Below are positions 17,886 through 27,828 of a stretch of 64,000 nt of DNA, piece by piece. The notes below the pieces were generated by a model. It was not told the origin of the DNA, ran no database searches, and saw nothing but the letters and a program-made list of their open reading frames with translations. The position numbers were made by a program, and so were the translations under genes. Each line of letters opens with the position of its first letter. The stretch's first letter is position 1. The stretch comes from a virus: the IMG/VR virus record IMGVR_UViG_3300025131_000013, positions 29,476 through 93,475 of that record, one strand, 5' to 3'.

Positions 17886-20203
17886 TGGCTACATATAGCT
17901 TCTGGCAATCAAAGACGGTAGCTCAATTATCTTCGATTACGGATGGCGTGACTGATGCCGATAAGGCATATATGGAGGCTAATCCGTTTGACCAGATAGC
18001 TGCTATGTTCTCGGAACTAGGATCTGGCCCTAGTGGTAGTCTTATTGATCTGACGGTAAGACTGGCCGTATCGTTACAGGCTGATGGCGATTTAATACCT
18101 GGCTCTGTTACACTAGCCATAGACGGTCAAGATATATCTGTAAACGACCTGTTCGTATCAGGCATAACTAGCTTTAACGCTGTCCAGTATACATGGACTG
18201 GATCAGACGGTGGAGCCGGGGATGTTCTGACTACGGATGGTGGGGGTAGTCTTACTTGGACCACTCCTACTGTTTCCTCGCCTCTCTGGACTCAGTCAGG
18301 CAACGATATATACTACCCGTCTGGCGGAGTAGGAGTTGCCGGAAACGTAGGAATTGGATCTAGTTCATCCCCCAGCCACAGATTTACTGTTCAACAAACT
18401 GGATCTGCCTTCGTAGTCCTTAATAATGCTGGGACAGTATTCTTTGAGGTTGATACTAGCCTCAATACGATAACTGCTCCTACGGTTGGAGTGACTACTA
18501 CGATCTATACTCTTGAAGCCACTAATTCGTTTGATGTTGGCTCGGGTAGCTTTACGGTTAATAGTGTAGGCAATACCGATATAGCCGATGACCTTAAGGT
18601 AGATGGCCACACAGGGTTGGGTGCTGGTGCTACCCCTTCGTCAAATCTGACGTTTTGGATACATAATACGCTTGGCGCAGGAGGAACTGTCTATAACTTT
18701 GTGAATCAGCTAGTTGTTAGTGGGGCCAATACTGACGTATATGGGCAATGGAATACGGTAGGGACTTCTGCCGCCGTAGCACTTACCAATATCTATAATC
18801 TCCGTATAACTGAGGGATCAAAGACCCCAGGCACTACGATCACAAATCAGTATGGCGTCCTTATAGGGACGTTAAATGATGCTTCCAATAACTGGGGCAT
18901 ATGGTGCGAGACAGACTCGGTATTTACCGGGACTCTTAAGGTTGGGCCGGATAGTGCCTTCCTGAATGCCTCTCATGGATTCAGAGTAGAAGTAGATCAA
19001 GCGTTCAATGCTGGCCTTGAAGTAGTCAACATAAATAGTAATGGATTTGCTGCAGCCTCTATGGACTTGAGAAGGACTGCTACTGGAGTAAGCGGTCATC
19101 ATGTAGGCATCTTTAACGTCACTGGTAAGGATACAGCCGGCAACATCCATCAATATGCGAATGTTATTTTTTCATCAGAGATAGCGACCTCTGGTGGAGA
19201 GATGGGCCAGATATCTCTGTATGTAGCAGAGTCAGGAGTAGACACCCAAGAGTATTTGAGAATCTCTGCTAACAATACGGCTATTTCTCTGAAGGGGAAC
19301 ATCCTTCCTCTGTCAGGTGATGATACGGGTCAGATAGGTGATACATCTGATAGGTTTTCAAAAGGATATTTTGCTGATTCGGTATCATCCGGTGCTACTG
19401 TTGCCCCAGGAACAAGTGGAGCATATGTATACCGATTTGTTGCTCACAGCACTGCCGCTGAAGGAGTCTACTCACAATGGACTAACTCTGCTACCGGAAC
19501 TGGAGCAGACCAGGGCTTTGTAATTGGAATTGATTCAACAGGTCAAGGGATTCTTTATAATAACGAAGCTCAGAATATCTTGTTCTATACTGCTGGCGTT
19601 CAGGCAATGATTATAGAGACTGGAACTGAATTTCTTGGGATCGGGCCATCAACCACCACCCCCGCTTATCGAATTGATACCCAGGGTGTTGCCTCGAATG
19701 AGGCATACCGCATTTCTACTGATGTAGTTGACGGCGCAGTATGGTTTATTTGGAATAATGATGCCCGAACTTGGTGGGGTGGAGTCAGAACGGATGATTA
19801 CTGGGCCCTTTGGGATCAAACCGGAGCCAATTATCGCCTTGTAATAGCCACTAATGGAGATATCTCAGGAACTCACGGAACTTACCATATATCGTCTGAT
19901 GAGCGTCTTAAGACAAATGTTGTTCCGATAGAGAATGCTTTAGCTACTGTATGCCAGATGGAGGGTGTTCACTATAATTGGATAACCCCTCCTTACAAGC
20001 GAGAAGGAAAGCAGACTGGGATGATAGCTCAGCAGATTTATGGAATAGCCTCTGAGCTCACTCAGACAGCAGATGATGAAATGGCTACTATGTCAATTAA
20101 GGATGACATCAGTGTTGACGCATACTTAGTTGAGGCAATTAAGGAACTTAAATTAGAAAATGATGATTTGAGAGCAGAAATCGAGATTCTGAAGGCGATA
20201 TAG
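17885..20203 (+). CDS. Tail fibre with C-terminal intramolecular chaperone (peptidase S74)
   Basis: GNVGIG repeats; SSDERLKTNV...GMIAQQI...LVEAIKELKLENDDLRAEI. Confidence 0.9.
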   Translation: MATYSFWQSKTVAQLSSITDGVTDADKAYMEANPFDQIAAMFSELGSGPSGSLIDLTVRLAVSLQADGDLIPGSVTLAIDGQDISVNDLFVSGITSFNAVQYTWTGSDGGAGDVLTTDGGGSLTWTTPTVSSPLWTQSGNDIYYPSGGVGVAGNVGIGSSSSPSHRFTVQQTGSAFVVLNNAGTVFFEVDTSLNTITAPTVGVTTTIYTLEATNSFDVGSGSFTVNSVGNTDIADDLKVDGHTGLGAGATPSSNLTFWIHNTLGAGGTVYNFVNQLVVSGANTDVYGQWNTVGTSAAVALTNIYNLRITEGSKTPGTTITNQYGVLIGTLNDASNNWGIWCETDSVFTGTLKVGPDSAFLNASHGFRVEVDQAFNAGLEVVNINSNGFAAASMDLRRTATGVSGHHVGIFNVTGKDTAGNIHQYANVIFSSEIATSGGEMGQISLYVAESGVDTQEYLRISANNTAISLKGNILPLSGDDTGQIGDTSDRFSKGYFADSVSSGATVAPGTSGAYVYRFVAHSTAAEGVYSQWTNSATGTGADQGFVIGIDSTGQGILYNNEAQNILFYTAGVQAMIIETGTEFLGIGPSTTTPAYRIDTQGVASNEAYRISTDVVDGAVWFIWNNDARTWWGGVRTDDYWALWDQTGANYRLVIATNGDISGTHGTYHISSDERLKTNVVPIENALATVCQMEGVHYNWITPPYKREGKQTGMIAQQIYGIASELTQTADDEMATMSIKDDISVDAYLVEAIKELKLENDDLRAEIEILKAI

Positions 20204-20231
20204 CTGGTATCTTAGAGGAAAGGGGAATCAG

Positions 20232-20546
20232 ATGGCCTTGACAGAAGCAGAAGTTAAATTCGTAGCAAGACTTCAGGCTCAGGTAGACGGGATGAATCAT
20301 TCCGTTAGAGCTGCAGCCCAGAGTCTGCTGGTAAGAAAGAAAGCCGTCACAGATTTGATGGCTGAAGAGGCAGCTTTATTTGGATCGTCCTTCGGTGATA
20401 CCGATTCCGTTGATACTGCTGCTGCTGCTCTTCAGGTAGATCTGGATCGAGTGGACGTAGCGGTTGACGAACTATTTAATACCGGATTGATTTCAGGAAG
20501 TAGAGTGGAAATGGAAGGAGGGCTTAACCCGTCAATACCCCAGTAG
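20232..20546 (+). CDS. Hypothetical protein (helical)
   Basis: ORF with purine-rich SD (GAGGAAAGGGG) within the structural operon. Confidence 0.65.
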   Translation: MALTEAEVKFVARLQAQVDGMNHSVRAAAQSLLVRKKAVTDLMAEEAALFGSSFGDTDSVDTAAAALQVDLDRVDVAVDELFNTGLISGSRVEMEGGLNPSIPQ

Positions 20547-20561
20547 GGAGTTATTAAGAGT

Positions 20562-21107
20562 ATGAGTAAGAAGAAGTATGGCCAGTTCATGCGCAGTGCG
20601 CGCAAGCAGAAGTTAAGAATGAGGAGAGAATTCGTGGAATCACTCGCTTTTAAGCTCAGATACTACCTAGAGGACAGCGGTGACGTTGCCCCTCAAGAAG
20701 ATGGAAGTAAGAAGCCAGTCCGGATGGAGATCCAGAACGATCCGAAGTATCTCCTGGGCATTATGAACGGGATCGACACAGCCAAAGACCCGTATAAGTC
20801 CAGACGCCGAACGATTATGCGTCTGTTCTCTTCGTGTACCAAGGTCGCTCGTGATTGGGCCAGGTCAATGAAGGATACGGATATTCCTGACGAAGAGCAA
20901 GATTTCGTCCTGGAGATTGATATCCCGATCAGCCCAGAGGGGATGGAGTTTCTTAAGGAGTTGGTCGAGAAGCCGCCAGAAGGAGCCAAGTATCAGTCGA
21001 TTCCGGTTCAGCATCTGCTGGTATCTATCGAAGATCAGTATAACGAGTGGAAATCGGAAAAGCCTGATGGCGCGGTTGCAGAGAGCGAACAAAAACCTCC
21101 CGCGTAA
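20562..21107 (+). CDS. Hypothetical protein
   Basis: ORF with GGGAG SD; codon style matches neighbouring genes. Confidence 0.65.
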   Translation: MSKKKYGQFMRSARKQKLRMRREFVESLAFKLRYYLEDSGDVAPQEDGSKKPVRMEIQNDPKYLLGIMNGIDTAKDPYKSRRRTIMRLFSSCTKVARDWARSMKDTDIPDEEQDFVLEIDIPISPEGMEFLKELVEKPPEGAKYQSIPVQHLLVSIEDQYNEWKSEKPDGAVAESEQKPPA

Positions 21108-21133
21108 CCTTTCGGATCGGACGGTGTTCGGAC

Positions 21134-21173
21134 TGCTCAGGGGCTGCAAAGCTCCTGAGCAATCCTTCTTTTC
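21134..21173 (+). terminator. Putative terminator hairpin with GCAA loop
   Basis: TGCTCAGGGGCT-GCAA-AGCTCCTGAGCA followed by ATCCTTCTTTTT. Confidence 0.7.
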
Positions 21174-21192
21174 CCTATCGGAAGGTTGTTAG

Positions 21193-24100
21193 ATGCCCAT
21201 CGTAAGGTTCAGCCCTAGCTCAGAATTCGGAACATTCAAATGGGGTCAACTAGACACAGGAGAGGCAGGAGAAGTGGCTAGATTACTCTATCATTCGGGA
21301 TTGATCCATCCAGGGTCAATAGATGCTCTGACAAAGCAGAAGATGATGAGGGTTCGATCATTAGGATTCCTCAGAGAACTTGACCTATACAAAGCCTGGC
21401 AATATACTGAGCTCAAAGGCAGGATGGTCACTATTCCCGGAATCCAACTCTGGTCATATGGTGAGGGACAATTATCAGCACCATCCTATGGCCCAAAGGA
21501 TTTAAAATTGTCTGTCAAGGACAGTCAGCTGGGACAGATATCCATAGAGGACATTAGTTCCGATTATCATGCCGGACTATACCCTCTGAAGTATCGCTAC
21601 CCATCTTTATTCTCGTGGGATAGGGGTGAGTGGGAAAGAATACTCGGAGTCACTGGCCTCGATGCCAATGGTGCTACCAAAGTAACAGGGATTGATGGAT
21701 CTGCTAATGATGGATACGCCAGAGTTAAGGTGGCTGATTCAGACGCAGATCGCCCATATGTCTTCCCTGAGAATGATATAGTCGAGTTCGTAGAGGTGAC
21801 TGGTAGGCTTGATGCTACAGAAAAAATCCTGAATGTAGGATCTCTTGCCCTGTCGTATGATTCCGGACCAGAGGTTGCTCTGAATCCTTGGTTCGAGGAT
21901 ATTATATCCTGGGATGGCGCGAATCTTAGCACTCGCGCCAATAATCTGACCGGCAAGCTATCTGAGAATTTCAATAAGTCTGGAGATATTATCCAGAATA
22001 CTGCCGGTGACTCCTTCTATATAGGGTCATCGCAACCATTCTACGGGTTTGAGTTATTCGCCTCTAGTTGGCTTGGAGTAGGCGAGACTATAGAGATAAT
22101 GTTCTCCAACAGGCCTCACGTATCTGAGAATGGAGCAGTTGATACCGGGTTTAGTGCTGATTTCTGGTCTTCAGTGACAGATGAGACATCGGCCCTGAAT
22201 GAGGACGGCAGTATATATTGGGACGATACTGCCGTAGTAGGATGGACAAAGGCTAATCTGATCTATGATGATGGGGCAGAAAAGCAGTTCCTCCAGTATT
22301 ACTGGATCAAAGTTAAGGTGACTAGTGCTACTCCAGGGACCTTGACGGCCCTTACCTTGAGGCGCCATCTTAGATTGCCTGGATCAAAAGGCGACTATAT
22401 AACAGTTAAGGTAGATCCTGAGGCCTTGAGGCTAAAGGAATCAGACGAATCCCTAGTCATAAGGCCTGATAGTAATGGCGTTGCGACTCCATCATCCTGG
22501 CACAGATTTGTATCAATGGATAAGGCTATAACGGAATTAGCAGACGTAGCAAGGTTCAGAGGTGAGATACTGGACCAGGATGACATAAAGATAAATCTGA
22601 ACTCAAGGTATATGAACGTATATTCCGATCTACCTGGTCCAGATTACTACCAGAGGATAACGGCTTCCTTTGTGGATTCAGATGATAATGATCGGGTATA
22701 TCTGGGAATAGGGAAAGAGCTATGGTCCTATGAGCAGCAAGGATCATTACAGTTCCTAGGCAAGATAGTGAATAAGACCGATCCTGCCGGAACTCTTGAC
22801 GATCTTACATTCACTTCTATTCAGAGAATAGTGAAAGACGGGAATGTAGTAAAGGGTGTAGCTTGGACAAGCCGTAGAGATGTAGGGACTGGCCGATCTG
22901 ATTCGGCTGCAGTCACCTTTACCTATACGGTGTCTACTGATACGTTTGCTTACTCCCAAGTCAATGATGGTATCTATGGCGTGATGCCGTCTAAGGAAGT
23001 ATCAAGGATAGGAACGGTTCATGCTGCTGGAGGCCCGACATACTTCAGGTATATAGGGCAGGGATGGGTTGGTGATACTTTCCATGGCGGAGAGAATATG
23101 ACCATCCCGTTTGAGCAAGATGTTTACACAGAAGCAGCAAGCGCATCGGCTGGCTTTCTTTCCGTTCAGGTTCACTCCAGGGATGGTAATACTTCCTCAA
23201 CTGGCTTAGACTATCCGATCTGGATATTTGAACCAACGATGGTAGGTGTCGCACACGAGCCTAACTATGAAGAGGGTCCATACTGGCACGCTAGGCCAGG
23301 TGTATACGCCGTCAATGATGGCGTAGGGACTGTTAATGAGAATGATAAAGACAGGATAGGGTTTAGATACTCTGTAGGCCAAAAGGGGATGGTCGAGTAT
23401 CACTTTAACGATGACAACTGGTATTGTTTCGAGCGTAGAGATCAGCTAAATACAGATACTATAAGGTTGAGGCCTGCTGGAGGTGGAGCGGGTAGTTTTG
23501 AGGATTGTATTTTCTTCTATCCATCGATCAATGATGGAGATCCTACAAATACCAACCCTAACGTATTAGCTGGCCAATTCCCTGATGCGGCAGCCGATAA
23601 GGTATACCTGTCCTATATCATATGGAATGAGGAGGATGTAGCAGGGACGCTTGCTGAGTCAGTATCCTACTTTAGTCTTTACCAACAAGATGGTAAGGCT
23701 AAGGATTGGCCGAAGGCATTCCATTACAATATAACGGGTGCTCTTTATACGGACAAGACAACCGTTTGGAATGCAGGGACTGGCGGAGCAGCCACCCTAG
23801 ACGCCCAATACGATGCTGTCTATGTCGGCGATACTACTACCTTCAATTCCGTATATTTTTCTGTTACCAATAGTGCGTTTAACGCCACAGTCCTGCTTCA
23901 ATACTGGAATGGGTCTGCTTGGACTACAATTGACGCAAGCTTGCAGAATGACAACACTTCTGAGCTTACTACAGACGGTCATTGGACTTGGTCACCTCCT
24001 GCTGATTGGGCAGAAACAGCGGTTAGTCCTGGGGCGATAACACAGTATTGGATCAGATTCCAGGTCGATCCCTATGTCTCTGGATCTACGGTGATAGACG

Positions 24101-25164
24101 GTGCACAGAATGCTTGGACTAATTACTGGGAATCAAGAGCAGCTATCGCAGGTGCTAATAGAGACTGTGAGATGATAACTGATTTCTGTCACAATCCCAA
24201 TGAAGGGACGATCCACGCCTGTGTATTTGATCGCGATATAACGGCAGGATCTAACCCCGGTGAGTATGCCTATCTGGTCATTGAGTTGTCTACCTTGGAC
24301 TATAATTACAGCCAGACAGGGGACAACTTCTTATTTGATCCTATTAGGCCAATCAAAGGATTCATCTACAATTCGACTGACTTTAACATCTATTCAATAG
24401 CCACTAGTCTAGCTGACTTTAATCAAGGCTCTTGGCTCCTGAAGTGTGACTTTACTGGCGGAAACACGATAGAGTTGGAGAACGTTGGAATCGCTCCAGG
24501 AGGTGCTTACGATTTAGAGGGGCATCTTTCCGTAGATTCAGACGGAGGCATGTATGGGGTCGTTGGCGGTAATGAGAACGTCCTGTGGCAATACTCCGAC
24601 GTAATATGGCCTAGAGTCCACATACTTAATATGGGCGATATGGATGTATCAGAGGCCATCGTGAAATTGTGCCAAGCGTCCAATTTTGTCGTCCAAGTTA
24701 CCTCAGAGAGGGTTTTGACTATTCAAGGAAGGCTCGGCAAGACCACTCCGGGGACATTCACTGCTGGCAGGAAGCAATTAATAGACGTGAGGCCGTCTAA
24801 GAAATACCAGCATATCTATCGGGCGGTCACAGTATCTTGGAGTAATGGAGTTGATTCAGGAGTAGAGAACTATGGCGATGTTAATAGTAAGGGCGCCATA
24901 CTATCCGTCAACAATGAATTTATACAGAGTCCGTATTACGCCAGGATTTTGGCCCGTATGCTATTCGACTATTTCAAGAACGTCAGATATGTCTTCCAGG
25001 CAGATATGACTTATCTACTGCAATTAGAGTTGGGAGATGAATTAACCTTTAGCGTTCCTTCAAGTGTAGCTGGTATAGATACTACGAAGGAATGGATTGT
25101 CTGGGGGCTTGATCTAGACACCACCAATAAAAAGTTACTTGGAACATTCTTGGAGAAAGTATAA
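21193..25164 (+). CDS. Large tail tip/hub protein with beta-propeller and two discoidin-like inserts
   Basis: C-terminus has hub-like motifs (EAIVKLCQASNFVVQVTSERVL; LSVNNEFIQS; LQLELGDEL). Two copies of a D.fYvG...F...W..v.D.T..L..DG...W...W......YWI domain. Confidence 0.75.
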   Translation: MPIVRFSPSSEFGTFKWGQLDTGEAGEVARLLYHSGLIHPGSIDALTKQKMMRVRSLGFLRELDLYKAWQYTELKGRMVTIPGIQLWSYGEGQLSAPSYGPKDLKLSVKDSQLGQISIEDISSDYHAGLYPLKYRYPSLFSWDRGEWERILGVTGLDANGATKVTGIDGSANDGYARVKVADSDADRPYVFPENDIVEFVEVTGRLDATEKILNVGSLALSYDSGPEVALNPWFEDIISWDGANLSTRANNLTGKLSENFNKSGDIIQNTAGDSFYIGSSQPFYGFELFASSWLGVGETIEIMFSNRPHVSENGAVDTGFSADFWSSVTDETSALNEDGSIYWDDTAVVGWTKANLIYDDGAEKQFLQYYWIKVKVTSATPGTLTALTLRRHLRLPGSKGDYITVKVDPEALRLKESDESLVIRPDSNGVATPSSWHRFVSMDKAITELADVARFRGEILDQDDIKINLNSRYMNVYSDLPGPDYYQRITASFVDSDDNDRVYLGIGKELWSYEQQGSLQFLGKIVNKTDPAGTLDDLTFTSIQRIVKDGNVVKGVAWTSRRDVGTGRSDSAAVTFTYTVSTDTFAYSQVNDGIYGVMPSKEVSRIGTVHAAGGPTYFRYIGQGWVGDTFHGGENMTIPFEQDVYTEAASASAGFLSVQVHSRDGNTSSTGLDYPIWIFEPTMVGVAHEPNYEEGPYWHARPGVYAVNDGVGTVNENDKDRIGFRYSVGQKGMVEYHFNDDNWYCFERRDQLNTDTIRLRPAGGGAGSFEDCIFFYPSINDGDPTNTNPNVLAGQFPDAAADKVYLSYIIWNEEDVAGTLAESVSYFSLYQQDGKAKDWPKAFHYNITGALYTDKTTVWNAGTGGAATLDAQYDAVYVGDTTTFNSVYFSVTNSAFNATVLLQYWNGSAWTTIDASLQNDNTSELTTDGHWTWSPPADWAETAVSPGAITQYWIRFQVDPYVSGSTVIDGAQNAWTNYWESRAAIAGANRDCEMITDFCHNPNEGTIHACVFDRDITAGSNPGEYAYLVIELSTLDYNYSQTGDNFLFDPIRPIKGFIYNSTDFNIYSIATSLADFNQGSWLLKCDFTGGNTIELENVGIAPGGAYDLEGHLSVDSDGGMYGVVGGNENVLWQYSDVIWPRVHILNMGDMDVSEAIVKLCQASNFVVQVTSERVLTIQGRLGKTTPGTFTAGRKQLIDVRPSKKYQHIYRAVTVSWSNGVDSGVENYGDVNSKGAILSVNNEFIQSPYYARILARMLFDYFKNVRYVFQADMTYLLQLELGDELTFSVPSSVAGIDTTKEWIVWGLDLDTTNKKLLGTFLEKV

Positions 25165-26084
25165 TGTCGTTTTCAGGGAACGTATTAGGCGGTGTCGGAT
25201 ATCCAAGATTCTATCTTCTATCAGAAGATATGGTATCAAATGGCAGCATGGAGGATGATGATAACTCTGATAATCTGCCTGATGGGTGGACTGCTGGCGG
25301 TGCTGGCTCTATTAATAGGGTAGCGGACACATCCACTATCTTTGGCGATTACGTCATGAACCTTATAGACGCTAGTGTTGGCGCTAATGGTTGGGCTCAA
25401 TCATCTGTCATGGATCTTCCTTCAGGAGAAGATATAAACGGTCACGAGTTACTGGTTTCGATGTGGGTAAAGTTGATTACAGGAACCCCGAATCCTGGCG
25501 GTCTGATCGTCTATGTCTACAATTCTAGTAATATTCTGGTCGGCAACGAAGAAGTGGTAGCCATAATAGGGACTACGTGGCAGCAACTTTGGATCCCTGT
25601 TAGGCCGTTGGTATCACTCACAGGCGATACGGACCTGTACATAACTATTTTGCCAACCAGAGGCGGGGTATCAGAACTAGCCAATTACTACGTAGACAAC
25701 GTCCAGGTTTTTGAAGTGAACGATACGGTGGATATATCTGTCGAGCCGCAAGAGTATCAGGCTCAAGGCTGGGATAAGCAATTACAAACTGGCCGGCAGA
25801 CCCTGATTGATGGCTCCCTGAAAGAGTATGTCCACGGATGGAGATACCGATGCGAGATAGGGTATGATCTGCTAACTGCCGCAGACGAGGTATTGAGGCA
25901 GAGTATAGCGGATCACGATGGCCTTATAGGTTTTATGCCGCACATTGATACTGCCTGGGGCCAAATTTGCCTTTGGAATGGTGCTCTTGATAGAACATAC
26001 TGGCTCAATCGCTTCCTCGGTCATACGTCAGCTATTCCTTTGATTGGAGCAGAGTTGATGAATGAGAAGCCCACAGGAACCTGA
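25164..26084 (+). CDS. Distal-tail-like protein with inserted carbohydrate-binding module
   Basis: MVSNGSMEDD...PDGW...SMWVK...TWQQL...YVDNVQV is CBM4/9-like; C-terminal TLIDGSLKEY..GWRY. Confidence 0.6.
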   Translation: MSFSGNVLGGVGYPRFYLLSEDMVSNGSMEDDDNSDNLPDGWTAGGAGSINRVADTSTIFGDYVMNLIDASVGANGWAQSSVMDLPSGEDINGHELLVSMWVKLITGTPNPGGLIVYVYNSSNILVGNEEVVAIIGTTWQQLWIPVRPLVSLTGDTDLYITILPTRGGVSELANYYVDNVQVFEVNDTVDISVEPQEYQAQGWDKQLQTGRQTLIDGSLKEYVHGWRYRCEIGYDLLTAADEVLRQSIADHDGLIGFMPHIDTAWGQICLWNGALDRTYWLNRFLGHTSAIPLIGAELMNEKPTGT

Positions 26085-26248
26085 TGTCTCATAACCTCAT
26101 TATTTCCAACGGTGTATACCTATTCGCCTACGCTCTGAGTGCTTCTGGGGACTTGCTTCTCAACGTAGGGCCGGAGACTAGATGGAATAGGTCACCAACG
26201 GGGGTAAGGGGGGACTTCCTTTTCCAGCCAAAGACTAAAAGGAATTAG
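26084..26248 (+). CDS. Small hypothetical protein (54 aa, not in ORF track)
   Basis: TGATG overlap with the upstream stop, exactly filling the gap; MSHNLIISNGVYLFAYALSASGDLLLNVGPETRWNRSPTGVRGDFLFQPKTKRN*. Confidence 0.55.
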   Translation: MSHNLIISNGVYLFAYALSASGDLLLNVGPETRWNRSPTGVRGDFLFQPKTKRN

Positions 26249-26254
26249 AATCTA

Positions 26255-27820
26255 ATGGCCCCCGTTAATATTGGTGATTACTCAGCCTCTATAAATCAGG
26301 AGTTTAGAGTATCGGATGTTAGATGCTCTGGAGTTAGTGCTCCTAGTCTCGGACAGAGAGTAAGCGGTGATAGCGTGACTGTCACCTTTACCCTCATGAC
26401 GTATGTCGATGCTGATCTCACCGGATCGGTGATTATCGAGTTTTCGACTGCGGGTGCCGGCGGACCATGGAGTGCCGCAACGATTACTGGTGCTACTACG
26501 GGTTTAACCGTGTCTCAGGACGGCAATACGTATAGCGTGACTTGGGATTCTCTAACTGACGTTGGCTCGAACGTAGATCAGAATAATATCCTGTTTCGCA
26601 TTACAGCTAATGATGGGACGAACAATGATGGTGATGCGGATACTCCTGTCAACTCGTCCTTCTTTACGGTAGACAACCTTCCATCTGCTCCTACAATTAC
26701 TGCCCCGACTTCAGGGTGGTTCCGTAAGGATGATGACTATCCTTCCTTCGCAGTAGAGTTCACTATTCCTACTGATCCCGGCGGCGACAAGCTATGGCCG
26801 GTATTTGAAGCGGATACTTCGCCGAACTTTGATTCTGTAGCCTTCTTCCAGGTGGACAGCAATGACGCAACGAACTATCTGTTCTTTGACGTTGAGGTTA
26901 CTAATCCTCTCAAGCCTATCTCCGGATATTATGTCCAGGATGTCGCAGCAAACGAGGATGGATCGGCAACCACGGTAGATTGGGATTCTTTGTCGGATGC
27001 CTATACTGGTGATGCCCTGCCCACTACGATATTGGATGCCAGAGTCCTTCTGATACAAAAGAAGGATCGGAGGGTATTGCTGACCTCGGTATCGAATACA
27101 CAGATCCAACTAACTGCTTCTGCTGCCGGAGTAGCAACGCCTGAAGTAGACCTCTACATATTCGATGACGTCCAAACAGACTTCTATATAGTATCCGGGT
27201 TGACTGTTCCGAATACTACTTTGACGGCGCAAACATTTGCTTCGATGGGTGAGGACTTCGCCCAGGCAATCCCTAATCCGTTTGGTAGTGCCCCTCGTAT
27301 CTTGATGTGTGATGAAGCAGAGCGACTCTGCTATATGGGGACGATTACTACTACGGATGTAGAACTTGCTAAGTCAGTTGCTGGTCCTACGGGCAACGGA
27401 ACGGTTACGCTATTCATCTTGAAGACAAACTCAGATATCTACCAAGATGATAACTATGCTGTCACGCCTTCAGATCTTACGATCACTCGGTATGACAGCT
27501 TAAGCGATGGGGGCGCACTTCCTACCTCTGTCGGTGGCGCCGTTCCTAGCGTGGTTCCTAACTCAGATCGGGCTGTATACGTAGACAGTCCCGGCTCAGA
27601 AGATTTCCAGATAGCTAAATCTGGTGCCGGGATTCCTACGGACGCGACAGTTGAGATGAATATCTTTACAGAAGAAGGTGCTTCAGGGATCTGGGTAGTT
27701 ATGCCTGCTACTGGAATTGATGATGCGACATTTGAAGGTGGTAACGCCCGTTACAGAGCGCAAGCGGGTGACTTCGACGACAATGTCTGGTATTTTAGAG
27801 CTGCGTTCGGTAACACTTAG
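26255..27820 (+). CDS. Virion protein with Ig/FnIII-like domains and three internal repeats
   Basis: VTWDSLTD...LFRITAND...VDNLPSAPTITAP; three ~85 aa repeats ending in S.AG.....V..(Y/F/N)I(F/L). Confidence 0.65.
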   Translation: MAPVNIGDYSASINQEFRVSDVRCSGVSAPSLGQRVSGDSVTVTFTLMTYVDADLTGSVIIEFSTAGAGGPWSAATITGATTGLTVSQDGNTYSVTWDSLTDVGSNVDQNNILFRITANDGTNNDGDADTPVNSSFFTVDNLPSAPTITAPTSGWFRKDDDYPSFAVEFTIPTDPGGDKLWPVFEADTSPNFDSVAFFQVDSNDATNYLFFDVEVTNPLKPISGYYVQDVAANEDGSATTVDWDSLSDAYTGDALPTTILDARVLLIQKKDRRVLLTSVSNTQIQLTASAAGVATPEVDLYIFDDVQTDFYIVSGLTVPNTTLTAQTFASMGEDFAQAIPNPFGSAPRILMCDEAERLCYMGTITTTDVELAKSVAGPTGNGTVTLFILKTNSDIYQDDNYAVTPSDLTITRYDSLSDGGALPTSVGGAVPSVVPNSDRAVYVDSPGSEDFQIAKSGAGIPTDATVEMNIFTEEGASGIWVVMPATGIDDATFEGGNARYRAQAGDFDDNVWYFRAAFGNT

Positions 27821-27828
27821 AGGGAAAA

